Assembly: GCA_963805975.1 (NCBI GenBank)
Contig: CAWDVR010000003.1
Location: forward strand, 887,255-951,254
Reading direction: 5' to 3'
Length of the DNA: 64,000 nucleotides
Source: an uncultured Acidobacteriota bacterium
GTDB lineage: Bacteria; Acidobacteriota; Thermoanaerobaculia; Multivoradales; SZUA-115
Shown here: positions 10,514 through 18,928 of the stretch, piece by piece
Layout of the letters: each line of letters starts with the position of its first letter
Position numbering within the stretch: position 1 is the stretch's first letter
Made by a program: the position numbers and the translations under genes
Notes under the pieces: generated by a model
The model's input: the letters and a program-made list of their open reading frames with translations, nothing else
The model's database searches: none
What the model was told of the DNA's origin: nothing

Positions 10514-12393
10514 GCGCGGTACAACGGCAGAGCGCGGCCAAGCAGGCGAGCGCGCAGCAGACCGCGCAGGAGCGCCCGCCGGTGCGCGAGGCGGAGCCGG
10601 AGGACGCGCTCGGCACCCTCCTCGGCTTGCAAGCGGGCTTCGGCAACCAGGCGGTGAAGCGCGCCGGGGACGCCTGCCCCAACCTCGCCGCCTGCCCCAC
10701 CGGCGGCGCGTGCCACGAGTGCGCTCAGAAGGCGGCGAGCGGGAATGGAGTGGAGCACGCCGGGGCGAGTGGTGGCCCGGCCCCTCGTGAGGCCGCCCCC
10801 GCCCAGATCCTTCGCTCCGCTCAGGATGACAGTGTCGAGACGGCTTCCAGCCCCGATGTCATCCCGAGCGCAGCGAGGGATCTGGAGGCTGGGGACACCG
10901 CTGCGGCCGAGACCCCGGGCTCCGCTCAGAGCACTGCCTTCCTAGTCGACGACCCCGCGAGCGCCACCGAGCCGGCCCAGATGTCCAAGGAGCTGTTCCT
11001 TTCCGAGCTGCGATCGCAGGTCTCCGTCGCGGCCGAGGAAGAGCTCGCCGGCACCGGCCGCACGGCCCGCGACTGCCCGTGGATCGAGCACTGGTTCGGC
11101 TACTTCGAGCACCGCAGCGCCGAGCGGGTGGAGAGCGCCCTGCGGCGGTACGCACCGGAGACCACGACGGCCCAAAGCGCCGGTGAGTACATGTCTCCGG
11201 TGGTCGAACGGGTGCGGCGGTCCGTGGCGCACTGGGCCGCGACCGGCGAGGTCACCGGGGTGCCCGCCGAGGGCCTGGCGGCGGGGGCCGCGGGCGCGAC
11301 GCTCGCGAGCGCCAGCCAGGGCCTCTCGGCCGGGCTGATGTTCAAGGCGCGCGAAGGCGGCGCCCGCACCCCGCAGGACCTGCACACCCTACAAGCCCGC
11401 CTCGGAGAGGGCGAGGCGCTCGACGCCCCCGTGCGCTCGCGCATGGAGTCGGCCTTCGGGGCGAGCTTCGGCGGCGTGCGCGTGCACCGCGACGCCAACG
11501 CCGCGGTGCTCTCTTCCGAGGTCAACGCCCGTGCCTTCGCGCTCGGCGACCACATCGCCTTCGGCGCCGGCGAGTACCGGCCCGGCAACGTGGTGGGAGA
11601 TGCGCTCATCGCCCACGAGCTGGCGCACGTGATGCAGCAGCAGGGAAGCGGCGCGGGCGGCGGGGGGAGCGCCGACTACGGCTCGCTGGAGAAGGATGCG
11701 GACCGTGGAGCCGCGGGCGCGGTGGCCTCGCTGTGGGCGGGGGCGCGCGAGGGCCTAGCGAACCTGGCGGCCAGGACCGGCCCTGCGCTGCGCTCGGGGT
11801 TGCGGTTGCAGCGGTGCAACAGCCCGGCTCCCCGTACCGACGGCTGTGTCACCGGAGATCTGACGGCGAAGACCTCCGGAGCCTTCCAGGGCGGGTGGGA
11901 TGCCAACAGCTATCTGACGGGAGGAGCTAACTGGGGGGCTGTGGCCAGTCCCGGAACGGCCGGCCGAGACGGGCGCGGATACAAAGTTCAGACCACGGCT
12001 CCCTACTCGGGTCAGGAGAATCTTGGCGTCGCTCAGACCATGACTCACACTGGAGCGAACCAAGCCTTTCTAGATGGCACCGCCGGCTACCTGGGTCTGC
12101 CTGCTGGAAGCGTCACGAATGGTACGACTTACAACGAACCAGTGCTGGATGCCGGTGACCCCTTTGCCGCCAGACCGTGGATCCTTCGCTACCAGGATGG
12201 AATCGTGTCCTTCTGTGATGTCCCCAGGGCTGGAGCAGGAGAGCAAGGCAGCATCGACTTCGTCACCAGCTTCCACTCGAGGGGTGCGCCGTGCTCGAAG
12301 CGCTGGTATTCCGTTACCTGGAGGTGGACGATCGACTTCACGCCCGGCAATGATGTGAATACAGTCACGCAGCAGTCCCAATCGTCCGGCTGA
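10510..12393 (+). CDS. DUF4157 (eCIS core) protein with variable C-terminal candidate effector domain
   Basis: LQAGFGNQAV leader, Cys cluster, RMESAFGASFGGVRVH..ARAFALGDHIAF..LIAHELAHVMQQ, then RSGLRLQRC and an A/T-richer 3' domain. Confidence 0.88.
   Translation: MSAVQRQSAAKQASAQQTAQERPPVREAEPEDALGTLLGLQAGFGNQAVKRAGDACPNLAACPTGGACHECAQKAASGNGVEHAGASGGPAPREAAPAQILRSAQDDSVETASSPDVIPSAARDLEAGDTAAAETPGSAQSTAFLVDDPASATEPAQMSKELFLSELRSQVSVAAEEELAGTGRTARDCPWIEHWFGYFEHRSAERVESALRRYAPETTTAQSAGEYMSPVVERVRRSVAHWAATGEVTGVPAEGLAAGAAGATLASASQGLSAGLMFKAREGGARTPQDLHTLQARLGEGEALDAPVRSRMESAFGASFGGVRVHRDANAAVLSSEVNARAFALGDHIAFGAGEYRPGNVVGDALIAHELAHVMQQQGSGAGGGGSADYGSLEKDADRGAAGAVASLWAGAREGLANLAARTGPALRSGLRLQRCNSPAPRTDGCVTGDLTAKTSGAFQGGWDANSYLTGGANWGAVASPGTAGRDGRGYKVQTTAPYSGQENLGVAQTMTHTGANQAFLDGTAGYLGLPAGSVTNGTTYNEPVLDAGDPFAARPWILRYQDGIVSFCDVPRAGAGEQGSIDFVTSFHSRGAPCSKRWYSVTWRWTIDFTPGNDVNTVTQQSQSSG
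10803..10885. repeat. Family B palindrome pair inserted in-frame in the DUF4157 gene
   Basis: CCAGATCCTTCGCTCCGCTCAGGATGAC ... GTCATCCCGAGCGCAGCGAGGGATCTGG; translated as QILRSAQDD...VIPSAARDL. Confidence 0.8.
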
Positions 12394-12410
12394 CAGGTGG
12401 GAGAGGATTC

Positions 12411-12758
12411 GTGGTGGAGACATCGAAGCGGCTCGAGGGTCTTTTGCATCGGCTTCGAGAGCTCAAGGTCGAAGGAGTGGGCCGTGGTGGGCCCTTCCTG
12501 GGAGTCGTTCACAACGAGGTTACGCGTGAGCTTCTGGCAGAAGGAATGGGAATCGTGCCCTTGCTTCTCGAACGGATCGGGAGCAGTGAGCTCGATGAGA
12601 CGATCTTCCTCGTCTTTCTCCTCCGTGAGCTGCGATCCATCAATGCTAAGGGTGCAATAGAAAAACTGCTGGATTCCCCTAGATTTCGTGGCAAGCCGCG
12701 AGACCTGACGCTCGAGATGCAGGTGCAGTTCTACCTGCGTGATGTGGACTCGTGGTGA
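12411..12758 (+). CDS. Small helical protein, candidate immunity/partner of the upstream effector
   Basis: 115-aa ORF with a GGAGAGG RBS, directly after the effector and sharing its atypical codon usage. Confidence 0.65.
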   Translation: MVETSKRLEGLLHRLRELKVEGVGRGGPFLGVVHNEVTRELLAEGMGIVPLLLERIGSSELDETIFLVFLLRELRSINAKGAIEKLLDSPRFRGKPRDLTLEMQVQFYLRDVDSW

Positions 12759-12799
12759 GTCGCTGGACAGCCGAGCGCCGCAGACTGGAGGCGATCAAA

Positions 12800-13999
12800 A
12801 TGGAGGCGAGAAGCACACCCTTTCGCGGATCGGCTGTGTGGCTGCAGGCAAGGGCCTCGAGTGGTCTAAAGCGCTTGGCTCGGCCTGGGCTCCGCTTCGG
12901 CTCGCGCTCCATCTCCTCCTTCCACCTCTGCGGCATCGTCGGCTGGGTCACCGGCATCGCGCTCGCCTGCTTCCTCACCGCGCACCAGGGCCTGCCGCTG
13001 TGGGTCACGGGGGTCTTGGCCGTGGGGTCGATCGTCACCTTCCTCGCCCTGGTGATGGCGATGAAGATCGCCACCGGCGAGGAGAACATCGTCTACTACC
13101 ACCACGAGATCGCGGTGGTGGCGGTGTCGGCGCTCACGCTGTGGCTCCTCGGCCAGCCGGTGCTGCCATACCTCGACGCGGTGCTCCTGGGGCTCGGGCT
13201 GTTCCTCGCCTGCGGGCGCGTCGGCTGCCTGATGGTGGGCTGCTGCCACGGGAGGCCGCATTCCTGGGGCGTCTGCTACGGCCACGAGCACGCCGCGGCC
13301 GGCTTCACGCCGCACCTGGTGGGCGTGCGGCTCTTCCCCATCCAGCTCGTCGAATCGGTCTACGTGCTGGCGACAGTCGCGGTGGGCACGGCGATGGTGC
13401 TCCGCGGCGCCGCGCCGGGCTCGGCGCTGGCTTTCTACTCGATCGCCTACGGCCTGGCCCGATTTTCCTTCGAGTTCTTCCGCGGCGACGCAGCGCGGCC
13501 CTACCTGCGTGGCTTCTCCGAGGCGCAGTGGACCACGCTGGGTCTCATGATCGGCACCGCCGCGGCCGAGCTGGCTGGCTTCCTACCGCTCGCCTGGTGG
13601 CACGTGGGCGCCGCCGCGGCGCTGGCCGTGGCGATGGTCTTCGTGGGCCTGGGCGAGAACCGGCAGCGAGCCCTGTTCCGGGCCCGGCACATGGAACAGC
13701 TCGCGGCCCTGGCCCAGGCGGCGAGCCAGGAAGCCGGGGCCGGTGGCGCGGTGGCGATCGGCCAGACCGAGCTCGGCATCCAGCTCTCGGCGAGCCGCGT
13801 GCACGAGGAGGCGGGAGAGCTCGAGGTGCTGGGGTTCTCCTCGCCCCGTGAGCCCCTGCCGGACCGCGCCACCTCCCGCCTCACGCGGCTGCTCGCCCGG
13901 CTGCGGCGCGTGGAGAGGCCGGAGCGGGTCCTGGCCTCGAGCGGTGGCGTGGTGCACCTCGTCCTGCCGGCGCCGGCCGCCGGAGCGGAGAGCCCGTGA
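12800..13999 (+). CDS. Divergent prolipoprotein diacylglyceryl transferase (Lgt)-family membrane protein
   Basis: Multiple TM helices; GRVGCLMVGCCHG, FPIQLVES and YGLARFSFEFFRGD match Lgt signature blocks; soluble C-terminal extension. GGAGG before ATG 12800 (alternative start GTG 12752). Confidence 0.8.
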   Translation: MEARSTPFRGSAVWLQARASSGLKRLARPGLRFGSRSISSFHLCGIVGWVTGIALACFLTAHQGLPLWVTGVLAVGSIVTFLALVMAMKIATGEENIVYYHHEIAVVAVSALTLWLLGQPVLPYLDAVLLGLGLFLACGRVGCLMVGCCHGRPHSWGVCYGHEHAAAGFTPHLVGVRLFPIQLVESVYVLATVAVGTAMVLRGAAPGSALAFYSIAYGLARFSFEFFRGDAARPYLRGFSEAQWTTLGLMIGTAAAELAGFLPLAWWHVGAAAALAVAMVFVGLGENRQRALFRARHMEQLAALAQAASQEAGAGGAVAIGQTELGIQLSASRVHEEAGELEVLGFSSPREPLPDRATSRLTRLLARLRRVERPERVLASSGGVVHLVLPAPAAGAESP

Positions 14000-14808
14000 A
14001 ATCGCGTGCGCTCGACCCCTCGCTCGAGCCCGCCTCGAAGCGCCCCGAGCCTGCGGTGCCGAGCCGCGCTCCGGTGGAGCCGGAAGGTGCCGAGAAGGCA
14101 CTGTTCGACGCGGGAGCCATGGGCAACCAGGCATTTCAGCAGCGCAATCGGCCGGGGGCCTCGGCTCGCGAGGGTGTGGTGGACATGTCGCCCGCCGCCG
14201 GCGGGGCCCCGGCGGCCTCGCCCTCTGCGGCGACCTCGCCGGGACCGCCTGTCGTCGACGGGATCACAATCGTTGACAGCCCCGCGGGTGCCGTCACCGG
14301 GTTCCCTACCATCCTCGGCCGCGCCAGCCACGACGTGCCGGGCCCGTTCAACGATCAGGCAACCGGCGAGTGCCGGAACTCCCATCAGGTCCACTTCCAC
14401 CTCGCAAGCGGCAGCTCCGGCAACCTGACGCCGCGGCGCGAGGTGAAGCGATCAGTGTTCCAGGCTGGGGCCGAGCACAGGAAACCGACCGATCTGCCGG
14501 GACAGCCCGGTGGGTTCGGTGGCACGAGGACAGGCCCGGACGGGCCAGGACCGCACGTCCTGCAACCTTCGGCCGACCTGATCGCCATCGCCGATGCCCC
14601 CGGAACACTGGCTCTCACGCCCGCCCAATATCCGTTCGTCTATTCAGCGGCCTTCACGCTCACGGTGGCCAGCGGCGGGCTCGACATCGCCCGCACCAGG
14701 TACTACGTCTTCATCGAGAAGAACAGCGCCACCAGTATCCCCAACGAAGAGAACACGGTCTTCCCGATCGAGAAGAAAGATCTCATCAACAATAGGGACC
14801 TCCCATGA
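13996..14808 (+). CDS. Candidate eCIS cargo: GNQA leader plus unknown beta-rich domain (no DUF4157)
   Basis: GTGA coupling to the Lgt-like gene; first 50 aa colinear with those of the next gene. Confidence 0.75.
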   Translation: MKSRALDPSLEPASKRPEPAVPSRAPVEPEGAEKALFDAGAMGNQAFQQRNRPGASAREGVVDMSPAAGGAPAASPSAATSPGPPVVDGITIVDSPAGAVTGFPTILGRASHDVPGPFNDQATGECRNSHQVHFHLASGSSGNLTPRREVKRSVFQAGAEHRKPTDLPGQPGGFGGTRTGPDGPGPHVLQPSADLIAIADAPGTLALTPAQYPFVYSAAFTLTVASGGLDIARTRYYVFIEKNSATSIPNEENTVFPIEKKDLINNRDLP

Positions 14809-14833
14809 CGCTCGCCCAAATCCGTTTCCACTC

Positions 14834-16063
14834 ATGAAATCCCAATCGTCGGACACCTCGCGCGAGCCCGCCGCGAAACGCTCCGAGCCTGCCGTGCCGA
14901 GCCGCGTCCCGGCGCAAGCCGGGGGCCCGGACAAGGCGCTGAACGAGGCCGGCGCGATGGGCAACCAGGCGTTCCAGCGGCGCGGGCGAGCCTCCAAGGA
15001 AGCCGGGGGATCAGCCTCAGCCGCCGCCGAGCCGGCGCCGGCACCGCTGACGCGGGACGATCCGGAGGCGATCCTCGCCCGGCTGGGCGAGGGCAAGCCG
15101 CTCGACTCCGAGGCCCGCCGCCGGATGGAGGCGGTCTTCGGTGAGGACTTCTCCGGCGTGCGCCTGCACGACGACGCCACCGCCGCGCTCCTGGCCTCGG
15201 ACTTCGACGCCCGCGCCTTCACCGTCGGCGAGCACGTGGCCCTGGGCGGTGGTGGGCTCGAGCCCGGTACCGCGGTGGGCGATGCCGTGCTGGCCCACGA
15301 GCTGGCGCACGTGCTGCAGCAGCGCGGGGGGGCCCCCGGCGCGGAGAAGGAGGACGCGGCTGGCAGCAGTTTCCTCGAACGTGACGCCGATCAGGCCGCG
15401 GCGTCGGCCACGGCCTCCCTCTGGACGGGCGCCCAGGGTGCCGGCACCGGCATCACCCCGGTGGACAAGCCGAGCGGACGGTCCGGGCTGCGCCTGTCAC
15501 GCTGCGATGGTGGCAAACCGAAGCCGGCCCCGCCGGCCAAGAAGTCGGTGACCGTGAAGCGCTCCAAGCTGCATGGCAGCACCTACGACATCGACTCGGG
15601 GTTCGACTACGCCAACACCAAGGTCTACAACCAGGTGAACGTGGAGGTGAAGAAGGGGAAGGAGGAGAACCTCGACGAGGCGAAGACGACACCCATCCTC
15701 GGCGACGACCTGATCCTCGAAGAGTTCAGCGACCCCAAGGCGCCGACCGAAGAGGAGAAGAAGCTGTTCAAGGTCAACCAGGCCACGGACGAGATCACCG
15801 CCTACTTCGTCAAGGGCCTCTCCGCCGGCAGCACCGGCGAGCAGTTCCGACCGGCCCACGGCCACAGCTTCGTCGGACTGGTGGTGAGCAACGACGGCAA
15901 CGACCCGACCTTCGCTCACGAGCTCGGCCACATCCTGCTCGACGACGGCGGGCACGACGTGCCGGACGACACCTACCTGATGTTCGGCTCCAAGACCGCC
16001 GGCAAGCACAAGCTCACCGAGGATCAGAAGACCAAGATCCTGGCGAGCAAGTTCGTGAAGTGA
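14834..16063 (+). CDS. DUF4157 protein with C-terminal zinc metallopeptidase (metzincin-like) domain
   Basis: Start ATG 14834 chosen by homology to the 13996 leader; VLAHELAHVLQQ; RSGLRLSRC; C-terminal TFAHELGHILLDDGGH...YLM. Confidence 0.85.
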   Translation: MKSQSSDTSREPAAKRSEPAVPSRVPAQAGGPDKALNEAGAMGNQAFQRRGRASKEAGGSASAAAEPAPAPLTRDDPEAILARLGEGKPLDSEARRRMEAVFGEDFSGVRLHDDATAALLASDFDARAFTVGEHVALGGGGLEPGTAVGDAVLAHELAHVLQQRGGAPGAEKEDAAGSSFLERDADQAAASATASLWTGAQGAGTGITPVDKPSGRSGLRLSRCDGGKPKPAPPAKKSVTVKRSKLHGSTYDIDSGFDYANTKVYNQVNVEVKKGKEENLDEAKTTPILGDDLILEEFSDPKAPTEEEKKLFKVNQATDEITAYFVKGLSAGSTGEQFRPAHGHSFVGLVVSNDGNDPTFAHELGHILLDDGGHDVPDDTYLMFGSKTAGKHKLTEDQKTKILASKFVK

Positions 16064-16076
16064 GGGCGAGAAGAGA

Positions 16077-16974
16077 ATGGTGACCCCGGCCCCCGGCTCG
16101 CTGCAACTCGCCCTGTCCGTGGATCGCGAGTCCTTCTCCATCGGCCAGGCGGTGCGGCCGCGGCTGGTGATCCGCAACACGCACGGGCGAGCGCGTGAGC
16201 TTCCCGTCGTTCATCTTCTCGGAGGAGAAGCTGGCGTTCGCGGCGCCTGGTGGGCCCCACCTGCTAGCACCGGATGGCCGCGACCTGCTGGCTCCGTACC
16301 GGCTCACCGCCGCGGTGGCACCGGGGCTCGGTATCGAGGTCGAGCCCGGGAGGGACGAGCACCGCATCCTGCCCCTCTCACGGTTCGCCGACCTGCGACG
16401 GCCCGGCCGGTACCGCTTCTGGCTCGAGCTCCAAGACCATGCGGGGCGGCTCCACGAGAGCAACAGGGTCCCCTTCGAGATCACCGAGGTCGAGTCGGTG
16501 GCGCCAGCCGGGCCGATCGTTCTGAGCCTTCACCTCCCGTCCCCTGCTCCGGCCCCGTACCCCGTCGAGGCCGAGGTGCGCTTCGAGAACCTGTCGCCGG
16601 AACCCGTCGTGATCCTGCGCCCGCAGGAGGACTCGTTCGACGGCTGGGTCAACCCGGCCTATCTCTTCACCGTGACGGACGGGCAGGGCCGGCTGCTGCC
16701 CCCGGCCCCCAGAACCGGCTCGATGGCCGAGCCGGTCTATGACGAGGACGCGTTTCTCCATCTTCCCCCCGGCGGGTCCGCGCTTCTCGATCTCCGCCTG
16801 CCTCTGCTTCCCGACCTTTCCGCCGCCGGGCCGGTTCGGGTTCGGCTGGACTACATCGTCCGCCAGCACGCCGTGGGCAAACTCGGCGTGCTCCTGGAGC
16901 GGCGGGTGATCTGGCCCCGCAACACCTTCGTCGGCAGGCTGGAATCCAACGAGGCTTCCCTTGCGCTCGGCTGA
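16077..16974 (+). pseudogene. Protein with two tandem Ig-like beta-sandwich repeats, one +1 frameshift near 16180-16190; candidate partner of the peptidase effector
   Basis: LQLALSVDRESFSIGQAVRPRLVIRNT continues naturally into GERVSFPSF in the next frame. The two halves end in GRLHESN and GRLESN. Confidence 0.6.
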
Positions 16975-17860
16975 GCGGCCTCCCGGGCCCGGAGTGTTGT
17001 CACCGGAACAATCCACCACCGCCCACGTCCGCGCCAGCCGGGCCCTGATCGCCCGCGCGGCAGCGCTGGCGCCGGCCGGCTTCGCCGCCGTGCTGGGAAG
17101 CGGCGCGGCGACCGAGATCCCCATCGCCGAGCTGGCCGACCATTTCGACGCGGTGGAGCTCGTCGACTGCGACGGCGCCGCGCTCGCCAGGGCCCGGCAG
17201 CGATACGGGCGCTCGGGCCAGCTCCGACGCTCGCTCTGGTTCACCGAGGCCGATCTGACCGGCACGATCCGCGCAGCGCGGTCAGCCAGCCAGGAGATCG
17301 TGGCCCGGGCCACCGGCCCCGGCGCCTGTCTGGAGGAGCTCGTCGACCTCCTGGACCGGACCCGGCCGAGCTTTTTCCGGCCAGGCAACGGGCAGGGCTG
17401 TGCGCTGGTGGTCTGCTCCGGAGTCCTCAGCCAGCTCCAGTCCGGTGTCCGCCGGGCCGTCCGCGAGCCGTTCGTAGAGCGCTTCGCCGACGCCGGTGCG
17501 ACGGAGGCTCAGTGCCAGCCGTGGAAGCGGGCCTGGTGGCGGCTCGCGCGCCGCCTAGAGAGCTCGTTTCTCGACCACGTGGCGGCCCTGCTCCAGCCGG
17601 GGGGCGTGCTGTACCTCGCAGACACCGTTCACGCCTGCTGGCTGGAGGAGGTCGAGCCCGGCACGCTCGGCAGTACCGGTGCATGGCTCGCGTTGCGCTC
17701 GCCGCGCCTCGCGGACTATGTCCACGAAGACTGCGAGGTTCTCGTGGAGCGTGGCTGGCCCTGGTACCGACTCGGGCGCGACGGTGCCTACCTGGGCCGG
17801 CTCTACGGCGTCCAGGCCCTGATCTGCCGCCCTGCCCGCCGATCTCCGGCCTCCGGGTAA
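16961..17860 (+). CDS. Class I SAM-dependent methyltransferase-like protein
   Basis: AVLGSGAATEIP...FDAVELVDCD, EADLTG, LVVCSGVLSQL, LLQPGGVLYL; start uncertain. Confidence 0.65.
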   Translation: MRSAERPPGPGVLSPEQSTTAHVRASRALIARAAALAPAGFAAVLGSGAATEIPIAELADHFDAVELVDCDGAALARARQRYGRSGQLRRSLWFTEADLTGTIRAARSASQEIVARATGPGACLEELVDLLDRTRPSFFRPGNGQGCALVVCSGVLSQLQSGVRRAVREPFVERFADAGATEAQCQPWKRAWWRLARRLESSFLDHVAALLQPGGVLYLADTVHACWLEEVEPGTLGSTGAWLALRSPRLADYVHEDCEVLVERGWPWYRLGRDGAYLGRLYGVQALICRPARRSPASG

Positions 17861-17954
17861 CGAATCCTCTCCGCTCCCGCCTACCTCCCTCGTAGGCCCG
17901 AGTGTCGGTCCCGCGCCGGGCGCTTCCGCCCTGCGCCGCCGGGAAGGGTGCGCG

Positions 17955-18617
17955 ATGCCCTCGGAGTTTCCCAGGAGCCCCAAGCTGCTCAAAGGCGCGC
18001 TGGTGGTCTTCGAGACCGTGGCGCCGGTGCCCACCAATCTCATCGTCTTCCAGTACAACCCGGAGAGCGTGGCGCGGAGCTTCCAGTCCGCGGGCGGCAC
18101 GCGGAGCCGGTCGGGCGGCGCGGACACGGCCCCGGCCCTGCCACCGCTCGAGACCTTCAGCCTCAAGGTGGAGCTCGACGCCGCCGACCAGCTCGAGAAG
18201 CCGGGGAGCAACCCGCTGGCGGTGGCGGTGGGCCTTCATCCCACGCTCGCCGCGCTCGAGCTGCTGCTCTACCCGGCGTCCAGCATGCTGATTCTGAACA
18301 AGGTGCTGTCGCTCGCCGGCTCGGCGCTCTTGACCCCGGCGCGGGCGCCGCTGGTGCTCCTGGTGTGGGGGCCGCTCCGGGTGGTGCCGGTGCGGCTGGC
18401 CTCGATCTCGATCGCCGAGCAGGCGTTCGACACGCTGCTCAACCCGATCCGCGCCGAGGTGACGCTGTCGTTGCGCTCGCTCACCGCGCCCGAGCTGGCG
18501 CAGGCCGGGCCGCCGTTCGACACCCTGGCGATCGTCAACCAGGTGGCGAAGGAAGTGCTGGCGCGGAGCAACCTCTTCAACTCCGCGGCACAGATCGGCG
18601 GACAGATCTCGTTCTAG
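17955..18617 (+). CDS. CIS tube/tube-initiator protein (Afp7 N-terminal-like)
   Basis: PKLLKGAL, IVFQYNPESVARS, LLVWGPLRVVPVRL, EQAFDTLLNPIRAEVTL. Confidence 0.85.
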   Translation: MPSEFPRSPKLLKGALVVFETVAPVPTNLIVFQYNPESVARSFQSAGGTRSRSGGADTAPALPPLETFSLKVELDAADQLEKPGSNPLAVAVGLHPTLAALELLLYPASSMLILNKVLSLAGSALLTPARAPLVLLVWGPLRVVPVRLASISIAEQAFDTLLNPIRAEVTLSLRSLTAPELAQAGPPFDTLAIVNQVAKEVLARSNLFNSAAQIGGQISF

Positions 18618-18643
18618 CGGGCCGTCCACGGCAGGAGGAAGCG

Positions 18644-18919
18644 ATGTTCGACAAGGGAAGCCGATACGAGACCGTGCCGGAGGCGATCCATCGCGATGCT
18701 TCCGGCCGCGAGATCCCCTACAAGCGGCTGCGCAAGCTGCCGTCGCCGGCCTCGGCCACCACGCGCACGGTCGAGCGTGGCGACCGGCTGGACCGCGTCG
18801 CCTACGGGCTCTACCGCGACCCCGAGCAGTTCTGGCGGCTGGCGGACGCCAACGCCGCCACCCGCCCCGAGGAGCTGACCGAGGAGCTGGGCCGGGTGCT
18901 CGCCGTGCCCCTCCTCTAA
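18644..18919 (+). CDS. LysM-like baseplate protein
   Basis: AGGAGG RBS; MFDKGSRY...TVERGDRLDRVAYGLYRDPEQFWRLADAN. Confidence 0.85.
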   Translation: MFDKGSRYETVPEAIHRDASGREIPYKRLRKLPSPASATTRTVERGDRLDRVAYGLYRDPEQFWRLADANAATRPEELTEELGRVLAVPLL

Positions 18920-18928
18920 AGAGCGCTC

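Noticed and set aside
12800-13999. Calling this the housekeeping lgt
   Set aside because: The N-terminal signature positions are divergent, it has an extra C-terminal domain, and it sits in an eCIS context; gene symbol withheld.
14594-14833. N-terminal 80 aa of the 489-aa ORF
   Set aside because: It overlaps the previous gene out of frame; leader homology places the start at 14834.
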